Source: Isoptericola halotolerans (GTDB taxonomy: Bacteria > Actinomycetota > Actinomycetes > Actinomycetales > Cellulomonadaceae). From it: a stretch of 64,000 nucleotides of DNA. The translations under genes were made by a program, and so were the position numbers. A model generated the notes under the pieces. It ran no database searches. It had not been told where the DNA came from and saw only the letters and a list, made by a program, of their open reading frames with translations. This document shows, piece after piece, positions 39,154 through 47,646 of this stretch. Within the stretch, counting starts at the first letter, position 1; the number at the start of each line of letters is the position of its first letter. The stretch is from the NCBI RefSeq assembly GCF_013149785.1, contig NZ_JABEZU010000002.1, positions 620,001-684,000 of the forward strand, in the 5' to 3' direction.

Positions 39154-39930
39154 GTGCACGCTTTTCATTCCCTGGCCTATCTCGACGTCGAGAAGTCCGG
39201 CTCGACGTACGTCTCGCGCTTTCTGCGTGACTTCCTGGACGACGACGAGGTCGCGTTCCGCAAGCACGTCGAGCTGGAGGACCGGCCCCCGGCGGGTCGC
39301 CTGCACGTCATCTCGGTGCGTGACCCGCTGGACACCTACCTGTCGCTCTACTCCTACGGCTGCCAGGGCAAGGGCGGTCTGTCCGGCACGATCCGGGAGG
39401 CCGGCCTCGGTCACCTCTACGACGGCACGGCCGAGGGGTTCGACGGGTGGTTGGACGTCGTGCTCGACCCGGCGTACGCCTCGGCCCTCAACCCGCGCAG
39501 CTACGACAAGTCGGGCGTCGCGCCGCACACGGGGCTGCTGTCCTACCGGGTGGCGCGCCTGTCGAGCCCGCGACCGCGCCGTTGGATGCGTCAGGCCACC
39601 TCGGCGGACGACTTCGTGGCCCGGTACCGCAGCAACACCGTCGTCGACGTGGTGCTGCGCAACGAGTCGCTCACCGAGGACCTCGAGGCGCTGGTGCGAC
39701 GCACGGACCTGGAGTGGCGCCCGTCGCGCGCCGTCGCGCTCGAGACGCTGCGGGCGCAGCGGCGGCTGAACACGAGCCGCCGGCTCGACGACGACGGCGC
39801 CTTCACCGTCCCGCACGACGCCCGACGCCGCGTGGCGGCCCGCGAGCGCCTGCTCACGGAGGTCTTCGGCTACGACGACGGTCATCGCAGCTCCACCACC
39901 GAGGCGACCCACGCGAGGTCCTCGGCGTAG
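39154..39930 (+). CDS. Sulfotransferase family 2-like protein
   Basis: YLDVEKSGSTYV (5'-PSB-like), ISVRDPLDTYLSLY (3'-PB-like), LRNESLTEDL, RLNTS. Confidence 0.7.
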   Translation: MHAFHSLAYLDVEKSGSTYVSRFLRDFLDDDEVAFRKHVELEDRPPAGRLHVISVRDPLDTYLSLYSYGCQGKGGLSGTIREAGLGHLYDGTAEGFDGWLDVVLDPAYASALNPRSYDKSGVAPHTGLLSYRVARLSSPRPRRWMRQATSADDFVARYRSNTVVDVVLRNESLTEDLEALVRRTDLEWRPSRAVALETLRAQRRLNTSRRLDDDGAFTVPHDARRRVAARERLLTEVFGYDDGHRSSTTEATHARSSA

Positions 39931-40820
39931 CGCTCGTCCAGGGCGGAGACGGCGCCGTCGTCCAGGAACGACGCCGGGACGTCACCGGGGGCGGGGTGGC
40001 GACCGAGCGCCCCGGTGACGAACCGGTGGAAGGCCACGCGCTCGTCGGACCCGCGCAGCAGCGGGAGCACGTCGAGGGACAGGTCGGCCATGCGCTGGGT
40101 GTACCGCGTGTTGGTGCGGCGGGAGACCTCCTCGCCGACCTCCACGCCGCGCGCGCCGAGCCGGTCGAGGGCGTCGGCGAGGATCTGCCCCACCAGCGGG
40201 CGGCTGCCGCTGCGGTCGCGGTCGTAGTCGTAGACGGTGACGTGCTCGGCGCCGAAGGTGCGCACGAGCTCCTCGACGACGCCGCGCCAGGACAGCGTCG
40301 ACCCGACGCGACCGGCCAGCTCCTCGAACCGGACGACCTTGCCGTGCTTGAGCTGCTGCTGGTAGGCGGACTCCAGGAACGCGGCGTAGCCGCGCACGGT
40401 GAACTGCACGTGGCGGGGCACGCCGTCGGTGGCGCGGTCGATCCCGGCGAGGTTCTCGGCGATCCGGGGGTACAGCTCGGCGCTGTCGGGCGCGAAGGCC
40501 GGTCCGGTGTTGGACTCGCAGGAGTAGAACAGCCCGGGTGACCGGCTGGTCCGCCACGCGTCGTCGAGGAACTCGCGCAGCCGCTGGTCGGCGCCGGGCC
40601 TCGCGACGTCGTACCACCCGTCGAGGGCGGCCCGGATGTCGGGCTGCGTGGTCCGTGTGGTGACCCCGGCGGCGGCGAGCTCGGCGGTGTGCTCGCGGCA
40701 CCAGGACTGCACGGCGGTCGTGCCGGTCTTCTGCGAGCCGAGGTGCAGCACGACCTGGTGCCCGGTGGGCAGGGGGCGGCGCGCGGCGAGGGTGTCGCGC
40801 AGCCGCTGGGCGAGCTTCAT
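39882..40820 (-). CDS. Sulfotransferase-like (P-loop fold) protein
   Basis: 312 aa; VVLHLGSQKTGTTAVQ, YSCES, FTVR...FLESAYQQQLKHG; GGAGG RBS. Confidence 0.72.
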   Translation of the reverse strand: MKLAQRLRDTLAARRPLPTGHQVVLHLGSQKTGTTAVQSWCREHTAELAAAGVTTRTTQPDIRAALDGWYDVARPGADQRLREFLDDAWRTSRSPGLFYSCESNTGPAFAPDSAELYPRIAENLAGIDRATDGVPRHVQFTVRGYAAFLESAYQQQLKHGKVVRFEELAGRVGSTLSWRGVVEELVRTFGAEHVTVYDYDRDRSGSRPLVGQILADALDRLGARGVEVGEEVSRRTNTRYTQRMADLSLDVLPLLRGSDERVAFHRFVTGALGRHPAPGDVPASFLDDGAVSALDERYAEDLAWVASVVELR

Positions 40821-41695
40821 CGGACCTCCACGATGTCGCGCAGTCGGGCCAGGTCGGCGTGGTCGCGGGCGGCGAGCTCGGCCTCCTGGACAGGGCTGAG
40901 GGGCTGGGCGGGGGCGCCGCCGTCGTCGACGTGATGGTCGACGAAGGCGCGCAGCTCCCGGCGCTCGTCGTGGGAGCGCAGGTGGGGCAGCGCGGTGCGT
41001 GCCACCTCGAGCTGGCGTGCGCTCCAGTGCTGGGCGTCGACGTGCTCGACGTCGTCGAGGGGCAGCGCCCCGACGTCGTCGGTGAGATGCCCGAGAGCGC
41101 TGGTGAGCACGGAGCGTGCGACGACGGCGCTCGCCGCGGCGGGGTCGGTGGCGGTCCGGACGCCGGTCGCGTCGTGGACGCGGACCCGGTCGGGGCCCAC
41201 GGCGGCGACGAGCGCCTCGACGAGCGGGACCCAGCTCGGCTCCTGCACGCCGGCCCAGAAGGCGTCCAGGCCGACGTCGTGCCCGTGCCGCACGGAGGCC
41301 ACCCACGCGGTGGCGACGGCGTCGGCGTGGGCCGTCAGGGTGACGTCCACGGTCCAGGGGACGTCGCGGAGCGCCGCCGCGAGGCCGTCGACGCCGGCAC
41401 CTGCGTGCGGGTACAGGGTGCCCCCGCGCGGCAGGTAGGCGGGGCCGAGCGGGGCCGAGCCGGAGAAGAGCACCGGGCCGTCCGCGACGAGGTGCGCGCG
41501 CAGCCGGGCCCGGCTCTTGTCGGAGCGCCAGTCGAGCCCGGGGACCGCGTCGCGCAGGTCCGACCAGGACGTCCGAGCCGCGACCTGGCGTTCCGTGAGC
41601 GACGCGCGGTGGACGCCGCACCACGTCCGCACGGCACGCACGGTGGGCCGGTGGGTGCTCAGGTGGACGGCCACCGGCGATCTCGCCTCGGGCAT
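40817..41695 (-). CDS. Degenerate sulfotransferase-like paralog
   Basis: Colinear with the downstream gene (VAVHL.., SWVPLVEALVAAVGPDRVRVHD, ELAARDHADLARL) but lacks KTGTT; AGAAGGAG RBS; ATGA coupling. Confidence 0.6.
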   Translation of the reverse strand: MPEARSPVAVHLSTHRPTVRAVRTWCGVHRASLTERQVAARTSWSDLRDAVPGLDWRSDKSRARLRAHLVADGPVLFSGSAPLGPAYLPRGGTLYPHAGAGVDGLAAALRDVPWTVDVTLTAHADAVATAWVASVRHGHDVGLDAFWAGVQEPSWVPLVEALVAAVGPDRVRVHDATGVRTATDPAAASAVVARSVLTSALGHLTDDVGALPLDDVEHVDAQHWSARQLEVARTALPHLRSHDERRELRAFVDHHVDDGGAPAQPLSPVQEAELAARDHADLARLRDIVEVR

Positions 41696-41810
41696 CTTCT
41701 CGAACTCCTTCTCGCCATGTTCCGGACGGAGGGAACGTTAGTCCCCTCGATGGGTCGGAAGTGACATCTTCATGGCCTCGGAGCACAATGCGCGACGGAA
41801 TGGGCGAACT

Positions 41811-41854
41811 GTTCACCGACGGGTCACGGAGTGTTCGTCGACAGTTTCCAAGAT
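41811..41854 (+). promoter_or_regulatory. PHO-box-like array (four units) upstream of the nonulosonate operon
   Basis: GTTCACCGACG / GGTCACGGAGT / GTTCGTCGACA / GTTTCCAAGAT; TAGTGT at 41882-41887, 7 nt before the ATG. Confidence 0.65.
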
Positions 41855-41894
41855 ATGGCCGAATTCGCCGTCTCGGGCTCATAGTGTCGCCGCC

Positions 41895-43985
41895 ATGAAC
41901 GAATCCGTGCTCGTCGTCGTCCCCGCTCGTGGCGGGTCGGCCGGCGTGCCGCTGAAGAACCTGCAGCGGGTCGGGGGCAGCTCCCTGGTGGCCCGCGCGG
42001 TGCGTTCGGCGGCCGCCGCGCCGGCAGTGACCGACGTCGTCGTCTCCACCGACCACGCCGAGATCGCCCGCGAGGGGGCGCTGCACGGCGCCCGGGTGGT
42101 CGAGCGTCCCGCGGACCTGGCGGGAGCGACCGCCAGCTCGGAGTCCGCCGTGCTGCACGTCCTCGACGCGCTCGTGGCCGAGGGTGCCGAAGAACCGGCG
42201 GTCACCGTGCTGCTGCAGGCGACGAGCCCGTTCGTCGACCCCTCCGACCTGGACACCGCGGTGCGCCAGGTGCTGGCCGGGCGGCACGACGTCGTCGTCG
42301 CCGTCGCGCCGACGCACGACTTCCAGTGGCGGATGGACGACGACGGACCGGTGCCGGTCGGGCACACCGCCGACCACCGCCCGCGGCGGCAGGACCGCGC
42401 CCCGCACTTCCGAGAGACCGGCGCGTTCTACGTGATGCGTACGGCGGGCCTGCGCGAGCACGGGACCCGGTTCTTCGGGTCGGTCGGCCTGCAGGCCGTC
42501 GCGCCGCAGTGGGCCGTGGAGATCGACGACCCCCGCGACCTGTGGCTCGCGCGGACCCTCCTCGACCAGCCCGCCGACCAACCGTCCGACGCCGAGCCCG
42601 GCCCGGTGGAGCGGATGGACGTGGACGCCCTCGTCACGGACTTCGACGGCGTGCACACCGACGACGGCGTGTACGTCTCCCAGGACGGCGTCGAGCAGGT
42701 GCGGGTCCACCGCGGCGACGGCCTGGGCGTCGGCCACCTGCGCGCGGCCGGCATCCCGCTGCTCATCCTGTCCAAGGAGACCAACCCGGTCGTGACGGCC
42801 CGGGCTCGCAAGCTCGGCGTCGACGTCCTGCAGGGCATCGACGACAAGGAGACGGCGCTGCGCGACTGGTGCGCCGCGAACCGGCTCGACCCCGACCGGG
42901 TCGCCTACGTCGGCAACGACGTCAACGACCTCCCCGCCCTGCGCGTCGTCGGCTGGCCCGTGGCCGTCGCCGACGCCCACCCCGACGTGCTCGCCGCCGC
43001 GCGGGTCGTCACCGAAGCGCGAGGCGGCCACGGCGCCGTCCGCGAGATCTGCGACCGCATCACCACCCATCGGAAGGACCCCGTCATGACCGCCACCTCC
43101 ACCGCCCCCGTGGCCCAGCCCGTCCAGATCGGCGAGCACGCCGTGGGCGTCGGCGAGCCCGTGTACGTGATCGGGGAGATCGGCATCAACCACAACGGTG
43201 ACGTCGAGATCGCCAAGCAGCTCATCGACGTCGCGGTGGCCGCGGGCTGCCAGGCCGTGAAGTTCCAGAAGCGCACCCCGGAGATCTCCACCCCGAAGGA
43301 CCAGCGGGACAAGATCCGTCAGACGCCGTGGGGCGAGATGACGTACCTGGAGTACAAGTACAAGGTCGAGTTCGAGCACGAGCAGTACTCGGAGATCGAC
43401 CAGTACGCCAAGGCGCAGGGCATCCAGTGGTTCGCCTCGCCGTGGGACGTGCCCTCGGTCGGGTTCCTCGAGGAGTTCGGGGTGCCCACCCACAAGATCG
43501 CCTCGGCCTCGGTGACCGACCACGAGCTGCTGCGGGCGCTCGCCGACACCGGCAAGCCGCTCATCCTGTCGACCGGGATGTCCACCCTGGAGCAGATCGA
43601 CCAGGCCGTGGAGATCCTCGGCAGCGACGACCTGGTGATCCTGCACTCCACCTCGACGTACCCGCTGCCTCCCGAGGAGGCCAACCTGCGCACGATCAAC
43701 ACGCTCCAGGAGCGGTACGGCGTGCCGGTCGGCTACTCCGGCCACGAGACCGGTCTGCAGATCTCCGTGGCCGCCGTCGCCCTCGGTGCGGTCGCCGTCG
43801 AGCGGCACATCACCCTCGACCGCGCCATGTGGGGCTCGGACCACGCCGCGTCGCTGGAGCCCAAGGGCCTGACCAACCTCGTGCGTGACATCCGCATCCT
43901 CCAGGACGCCCTGGGCGACGGCGAGAAGAAGGTCATGCCGGGCGAGCTCGCGCCGATGTCGCGCCTGCGCCGCGTCGACGCCTGA
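41895..43985 (+). CDS. Trifunctional nonulosonate enzyme: NeuA cytidylyltransferase + KdsC-type HAD phosphatase + NeuB synthase
   Basis: 696 aa in one frame. NeuA: PARGGSAGVPLKNL, LQATSPF, EIDD. HAD: DFDGVHTD, GNDVND. NeuB: GEIGINHNGD, AVKFQ, STGM, HSTSTYP, GYSGH, ERHITLDR. Confidence 0.92.
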   Translation: MNESVLVVVPARGGSAGVPLKNLQRVGGSSLVARAVRSAAAAPAVTDVVVSTDHAEIAREGALHGARVVERPADLAGATASSESAVLHVLDALVAEGAEEPAVTVLLQATSPFVDPSDLDTAVRQVLAGRHDVVVAVAPTHDFQWRMDDDGPVPVGHTADHRPRRQDRAPHFRETGAFYVMRTAGLREHGTRFFGSVGLQAVAPQWAVEIDDPRDLWLARTLLDQPADQPSDAEPGPVERMDVDALVTDFDGVHTDDGVYVSQDGVEQVRVHRGDGLGVGHLRAAGIPLLILSKETNPVVTARARKLGVDVLQGIDDKETALRDWCAANRLDPDRVAYVGNDVNDLPALRVVGWPVAVADAHPDVLAAARVVTEARGGHGAVREICDRITTHRKDPVMTATSTAPVAQPVQIGEHAVGVGEPVYVIGEIGINHNGDVEIAKQLIDVAVAAGCQAVKFQKRTPEISTPKDQRDKIRQTPWGEMTYLEYKYKVEFEHEQYSEIDQYAKAQGIQWFASPWDVPSVGFLEEFGVPTHKIASASVTDHELLRALADTGKPLILSTGMSTLEQIDQAVEILGSDDLVILHSTSTYPLPPEEANLRTINTLQERYGVPVGYSGHETGLQISVAAVALGAVAVERHITLDRAMWGSDHAASLEPKGLTNLVRDIRILQDALGDGEKKVMPGELAPMSRLRRVDA

Positions 43986-44043
43986 TCGCCGAGCACCACC
44001 GAGCCCGCCCGAGCAGCTCCGAGCAGCCCGAAGGACCGTCCGC

Positions 44044-45015
44044 ATGACCGCCTCCCGACCTCAGGTGTCCGTCGTCGTCCCCGCCCGGGACGCCGGCGGG
44101 CACCTGCCCGACGCCCTGGGCAGCCTGCAGCGGCAGGGCCTGGACCTGTGCGACCTCGAGGTGGTGGTGGTCGACGACGGCTCCACCGACGACACCCTCG
44201 CCGTGCTGGAGGAGGCCTCGTCCCGGCTGCCCGTCCTGCGGTGGGTGCACCACCGCACGCCGTTGGGGGTCTCCGCGGCCCGCAACCGTGGTGTCCGTGA
44301 GTCGCGCGGTCGCTGGGTGACGTTCCTGGACCCGGACGACTGGTTCTTCCCCGGTCATCTGGCCGCGATGGTGGACGCCGCCGCACGGTACGAGGTGGAC
44401 TTCCTGGTGTGCGACCAGGTGCAGGCGTACGGCAACGACCGTCGCCGGGTCCGGGCGCCCGAGCCGCGCCGGCACGTGCCGCTCGACCCGCGCAGCGGCA
44501 TCATGCCGACCTCTCGTTCCACGATGGTCAACTACGTGCAGGTCTCGTCGCGGTTCCTGTCGCGGCGGGTGGTCGACGACGGTCTGGTGGTCTTCGACGA
44601 GGACCTGCCGACGGCGGAGGACCGCGAGTGGGCGTGGCGCCTGCTGCTCGGGACCCGCCGCTACGCCGTCGTGGACGCGCCGGGGTACGTGTACCGGCGG
44701 GCGGTGTCCGGGTCGCTGACCGACGTCGGTGACGCCCGCCAGCTCGGCTTCCTCGAGGCCTATGACGCGGTCCTGGACCGGCTGCGCCGCGACGACCTGC
44801 CGCAGTACGAGCCCAAGGTGCTGCGTGACGTGCTCGCCGTGCTCCACCATCACGTGGCGCGCCGCACGGTCTACCCGGACGACGTCTGGCGGACGATGAC
44901 GGCGCGTGCCCGCGAGGTGGTCGGGCGCTTCGACAAGCAGGTGGTCGCCCAGCAGGTCGCGGCGCTCGGTCCGGAGCGGGTCCGCGCGGTCCGCAAGCAG
45001 GGGGTGTCCCTGTGA
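44044..45015 (+). CDS. GT2 glycosyltransferase
   Basis: VSVVVPARD, VVDDGSTD, SAARNRG, FLDPDD, TAEDREW. Confidence 0.9.
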   Translation: MTASRPQVSVVVPARDAGGHLPDALGSLQRQGLDLCDLEVVVVDDGSTDDTLAVLEEASSRLPVLRWVHHRTPLGVSAARNRGVRESRGRWVTFLDPDDWFFPGHLAAMVDAAARYEVDFLVCDQVQAYGNDRRRVRAPEPRRHVPLDPRSGIMPTSRSTMVNYVQVSSRFLSRRVVDDGLVVFDEDLPTAEDREWAWRLLLGTRRYAVVDAPGYVYRRAVSGSLTDVGDARQLGFLEAYDAVLDRLRRDDLPQYEPKVLRDVLAVLHHHVARRTVYPDDVWRTMTARAREVVGRFDKQVVAQQVAALGPERVRAVRKQGVSL

Positions 45016-46481
45016 GCGCGGTGACCACCCAGATCGTCACGGCGTCGACCCTGTTCGGCGCGGCCACGGTCGCGGCGGCCTGGGACGCGGGGGCTCTGCC
45101 CCGGCGCGACCGCACGGTGCTCGTGGTGCAGCACAACGTGCCGGCACCCGAGTGCTCCGACGACTTCACGGCGAGCCCGGCCTTCGCGGCGCTCGGCGAC
45201 CGGTTCGACGCCGTCGTCGCCTGGAACGACGTCGTCACCCCGCACCACCCCAAGGAGTGGAAGCCGCGACCTGCGGACGTGCCCCTGTGGGAGCGGCTGC
45301 TGCGGCAGCGGTGGGACCTGGGCGACGGTCCGCTGGAGATCGTGGGGGAGTCGGTGGCCACACCGCCGACCGGTGCCCTGGTCGCGATCTTCGCGTCGGC
45401 CGCCGTGAGCGTGTATGCGGACGGCCTGATGGTCTACGGCCCGACCCGCTTCGACCTGCGCCACGAGGTCGGCGGACGGGTCGAGCGGCTGCTCCACCTG
45501 GACCTGCTGCCCGGGGTGCGCCCCACGCTGCTCGCGGAGTGGGACGTTCCCGGAGCGGTGGTCCCGGCCGAGGCGTTCCGCAAGGTCGTGGGTGCGCTGA
45601 CCGAGCAGGCCGTCGCCACCGACGTGGCGCGCGCGGAGCGGGAGGGGCCCACGAACGGCCACGCCGCCGTCGTCCCGCGCACGCTGGCCGACCGGCTGCC
45701 GGAGGAGGGCACGTACGCCCTGCTGCTGGGTCAGTACATGGCGGCGATCGGGTTGCTGACCGAGGCCGAGGAGGCCGAGTTGCACCGCGGCATGGTGGAC
45801 GCGGCTGCTGAGCGGGGGTTCACGCGGGTGCTGCTCAAGCCGCACCCGTCGGCGCCCCGGCAGGGCACCGCGGAGCTGGTCGAGCACGCCCGCACCGTGG
45901 GGGTGGACCTCGAGGTCGCTCCGGCCGCGGTGCTGGCCGAGTCGTTGTACGGCGAGTCGGCCCCTGGCCTGGTGGTGTCGTGCTTCTCGACGGCGCTGGC
46001 CACGGCCCGGGCGTTGTACGGCGTGCCGACGCTCAACGTGGGGACCGGGATGCTGCTGGAGCGGCTGGAGCCGTACCCCAACTCGAACCGGGTGCCCGCC
46101 GTCGTCGTGGACGCCCTCGGACGGCAGGACGGGCGGTGGCAGGACCCGGCCGCGATGCAGCGCCTGGTCCGGGCGGTGTCGTACTGCCAGCAGCCGCGGC
46201 TGCTGGCGCGCTTCCGTGACGAGTCCGCGGATCTGCTGCGGGAGCTCGACGACGCGACGCTGCGGCAGTGGTTCCGCCGCAAGCGGCTGACCGCGCTCGC
46301 GCTGCCCGGTGGGATGCCGGTGCCGCGCTGGCGCTCGGCGCGGGTGATCGCCTCGGTCGACGCCCTGGACCGTCGCCTGCTCGGGGGTCGGCTGCGGCGC
46401 CTCGTGCGACGGCGGTACGCCGGTGCGGGGGACGACCTGCAGGCGGCGGTCGGTGCGGCGAAGGGGCAGCTGGATGGCTGA
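45012..46481 (+). CDS. Alpha-2,8-polysialyltransferase-like glycosyltransferase
   Basis: ASTLFGAAT, VYADGLMVYGPTR, LLLGQY, LKPHP, VVSCFSTAL, PYPNSNRVP: GT-B sialyltransferase-like DG/HP/ST motifs within the neu operon. Confidence 0.7.
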   Translation: MSAVTTQIVTASTLFGAATVAAAWDAGALPRRDRTVLVVQHNVPAPECSDDFTASPAFAALGDRFDAVVAWNDVVTPHHPKEWKPRPADVPLWERLLRQRWDLGDGPLEIVGESVATPPTGALVAIFASAAVSVYADGLMVYGPTRFDLRHEVGGRVERLLHLDLLPGVRPTLLAEWDVPGAVVPAEAFRKVVGALTEQAVATDVARAEREGPTNGHAAVVPRTLADRLPEEGTYALLLGQYMAAIGLLTEAEEAELHRGMVDAAAERGFTRVLLKPHPSAPRQGTAELVEHARTVGVDLEVAPAAVLAESLYGESAPGLVVSCFSTALATARALYGVPTLNVGTGMLLERLEPYPNSNRVPAVVVDALGRQDGRWQDPAAMQRLVRAVSYCQQPRLLARFRDESADLLRELDDATLRQWFRRKRLTALALPGGMPVPRWRSARVIASVDALDRRLLGGRLRRLVRRRYAGAGDDLQAAVGAAKGQLDG

Positions 46482-47556
46482 GCCGCTGGACGCCGGCGCG
46501 CTGCGGCTGGTGGGCGACCTGCCGGTCGACTGCGGGGTGACGGTCGTCGCGTGCGTGCGCGACGAGGAGGCCTACCTGGCCGCGGCCGTGCGGTCGGTGC
46601 TGGCGCAGGACCACGACGGCGACCTGCGGCTGGTGCTGGCGGTGGGGCCGTCCCACGACGCGACGGCGGCGATCGCCGAGCGGCTCGCCGAGGACGAGCG
46701 GGTGACCGTGGTGGACAACCCGACCGGGTCCCGGTCGATCGGTCTGAACCTGGCCATCGAGCACGGCGCGCGGGACCAGGCGTCGGCCGAGCACGCGGTG
46801 GTGGTGCGCGTCGACGGTCACACGGAGCTCCCGCCGGACTACGTGCGGCGCTGTGTGGAGCTGTTGCGGACCACGGGCGCCGTGGGCGTGGGCGGGATGA
46901 TGACGCCGGTGGGCCACGGGACCGTGCAGGAGGCGGCGGCCCGGGCCATGAGCCACCCGGCGGGCATCGGAGCCGTGCAGTTCCACACGGGTGGTCGTGC
47001 GGGGGAGGCGGAGACCGTCTACCTGGGGGCGTTCCGCCGCGCGGCCGTGCAGGCCGTGGGGGGCTACGACCCGACGCTGTTCCGCGCGGAGGACTGGGAC
47101 CTGTGCCTGCGGCTGCGACGAGCAGGTGGTCTGCTGTGGTTCGACCCGTCGCTGGTGGTGGAGTACCGACCGCGGCGGACGTTGCGGGCGGTGGCCAAGC
47201 AGTTCTGGCGGACGGGGATGTGGCGCCGCGAGGTGGTGCGGCGCGACCCGTCGACGGCGGGTCTGCGGTACCTGGCGCCGCCGCTGCTGGTGCTGGCGCT
47301 GGGGCTGTCGGTGCTGCTGGTGGTGTGCGGTGCGGCGGTGGGCTCGTCGTTCGTGCTCGTGGCGGGGCTGGCCGTGCCGGTGGGGTACGTGGTGGGAGTC
47401 CTGGGCGCGGCCGTCCATGCGGCGTCGCGGCGTCCGGCGCTGCGTGGGCAGGCGGCGGTGGTGCTGCCGGTGGTCCTGGTGGTGATGCACGTGTGCTGGG
47501 GATGCGGGTTCGTGCGCGGGCTGACGGCGAGGGCCGCGGCGGACCATCGCGCCTGA
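46474..47556 (+). CDS. GT2 glycosyltransferase (ExoA-like) with C-terminal TMs
   Basis: GLNLAI, VRVDGH, TVYLGAFRR, RAEDWDL, YRPRRT. Confidence 0.88.
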   Translation: MAEPLDAGALRLVGDLPVDCGVTVVACVRDEEAYLAAAVRSVLAQDHDGDLRLVLAVGPSHDATAAIAERLAEDERVTVVDNPTGSRSIGLNLAIEHGARDQASAEHAVVVRVDGHTELPPDYVRRCVELLRTTGAVGVGGMMTPVGHGTVQEAAARAMSHPAGIGAVQFHTGGRAGEAETVYLGAFRRAAVQAVGGYDPTLFRAEDWDLCLRLRRAGGLLWFDPSLVVEYRPRRTLRAVAKQFWRTGMWRREVVRRDPSTAGLRYLAPPLLVLALGLSVLLVVCGAAVGSSFVLVAGLAVPVGYVVGVLGAAVHAASRRPALRGQAAVVLPVVLVVMHVCWGCGFVRGLTARAAADHRA

Positions 47557-47567
47557 CCTCCACCCCG

Positions 47568-47633
47568 GGTGCCGAGCAGGAACCTGGTCCCGCATTCCGG
47601 CTTGATAGCGGGACCAGCTTCCTGCTCGGCACC
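47568..47633. repeat. REP-like palindrome, copy C (26-bp arms, one mismatch, 14-nt loop)
   Basis: GGTGCCGAGCAGGAACCTGGTCCCGC ... GCGGGACCAGCTTCCTGCTCGGCACC; same family as copies A and B, with paired substitutions. Confidence 0.9.
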
Positions 47634-47646
47634 GACTTCGGGGAGG

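Noticed and set aside
40821..44045. Upstream part of the 1387-aa minus-strand ORF (39882-44045)
   Set aside because: It is an antisense shadow of the neu fusion plus an off-frame read of the 40817-41695 gene; only 39882-40820 has an RBS and motifs.
36529..47633. Palindromes as a CRISPR array or as IS terminal inverted repeats
   Set aside because: No regular repeat-spacer units, no cas genes, no transposase, and no direct target-site duplication seen; each repeat is a self-contained hairpin.
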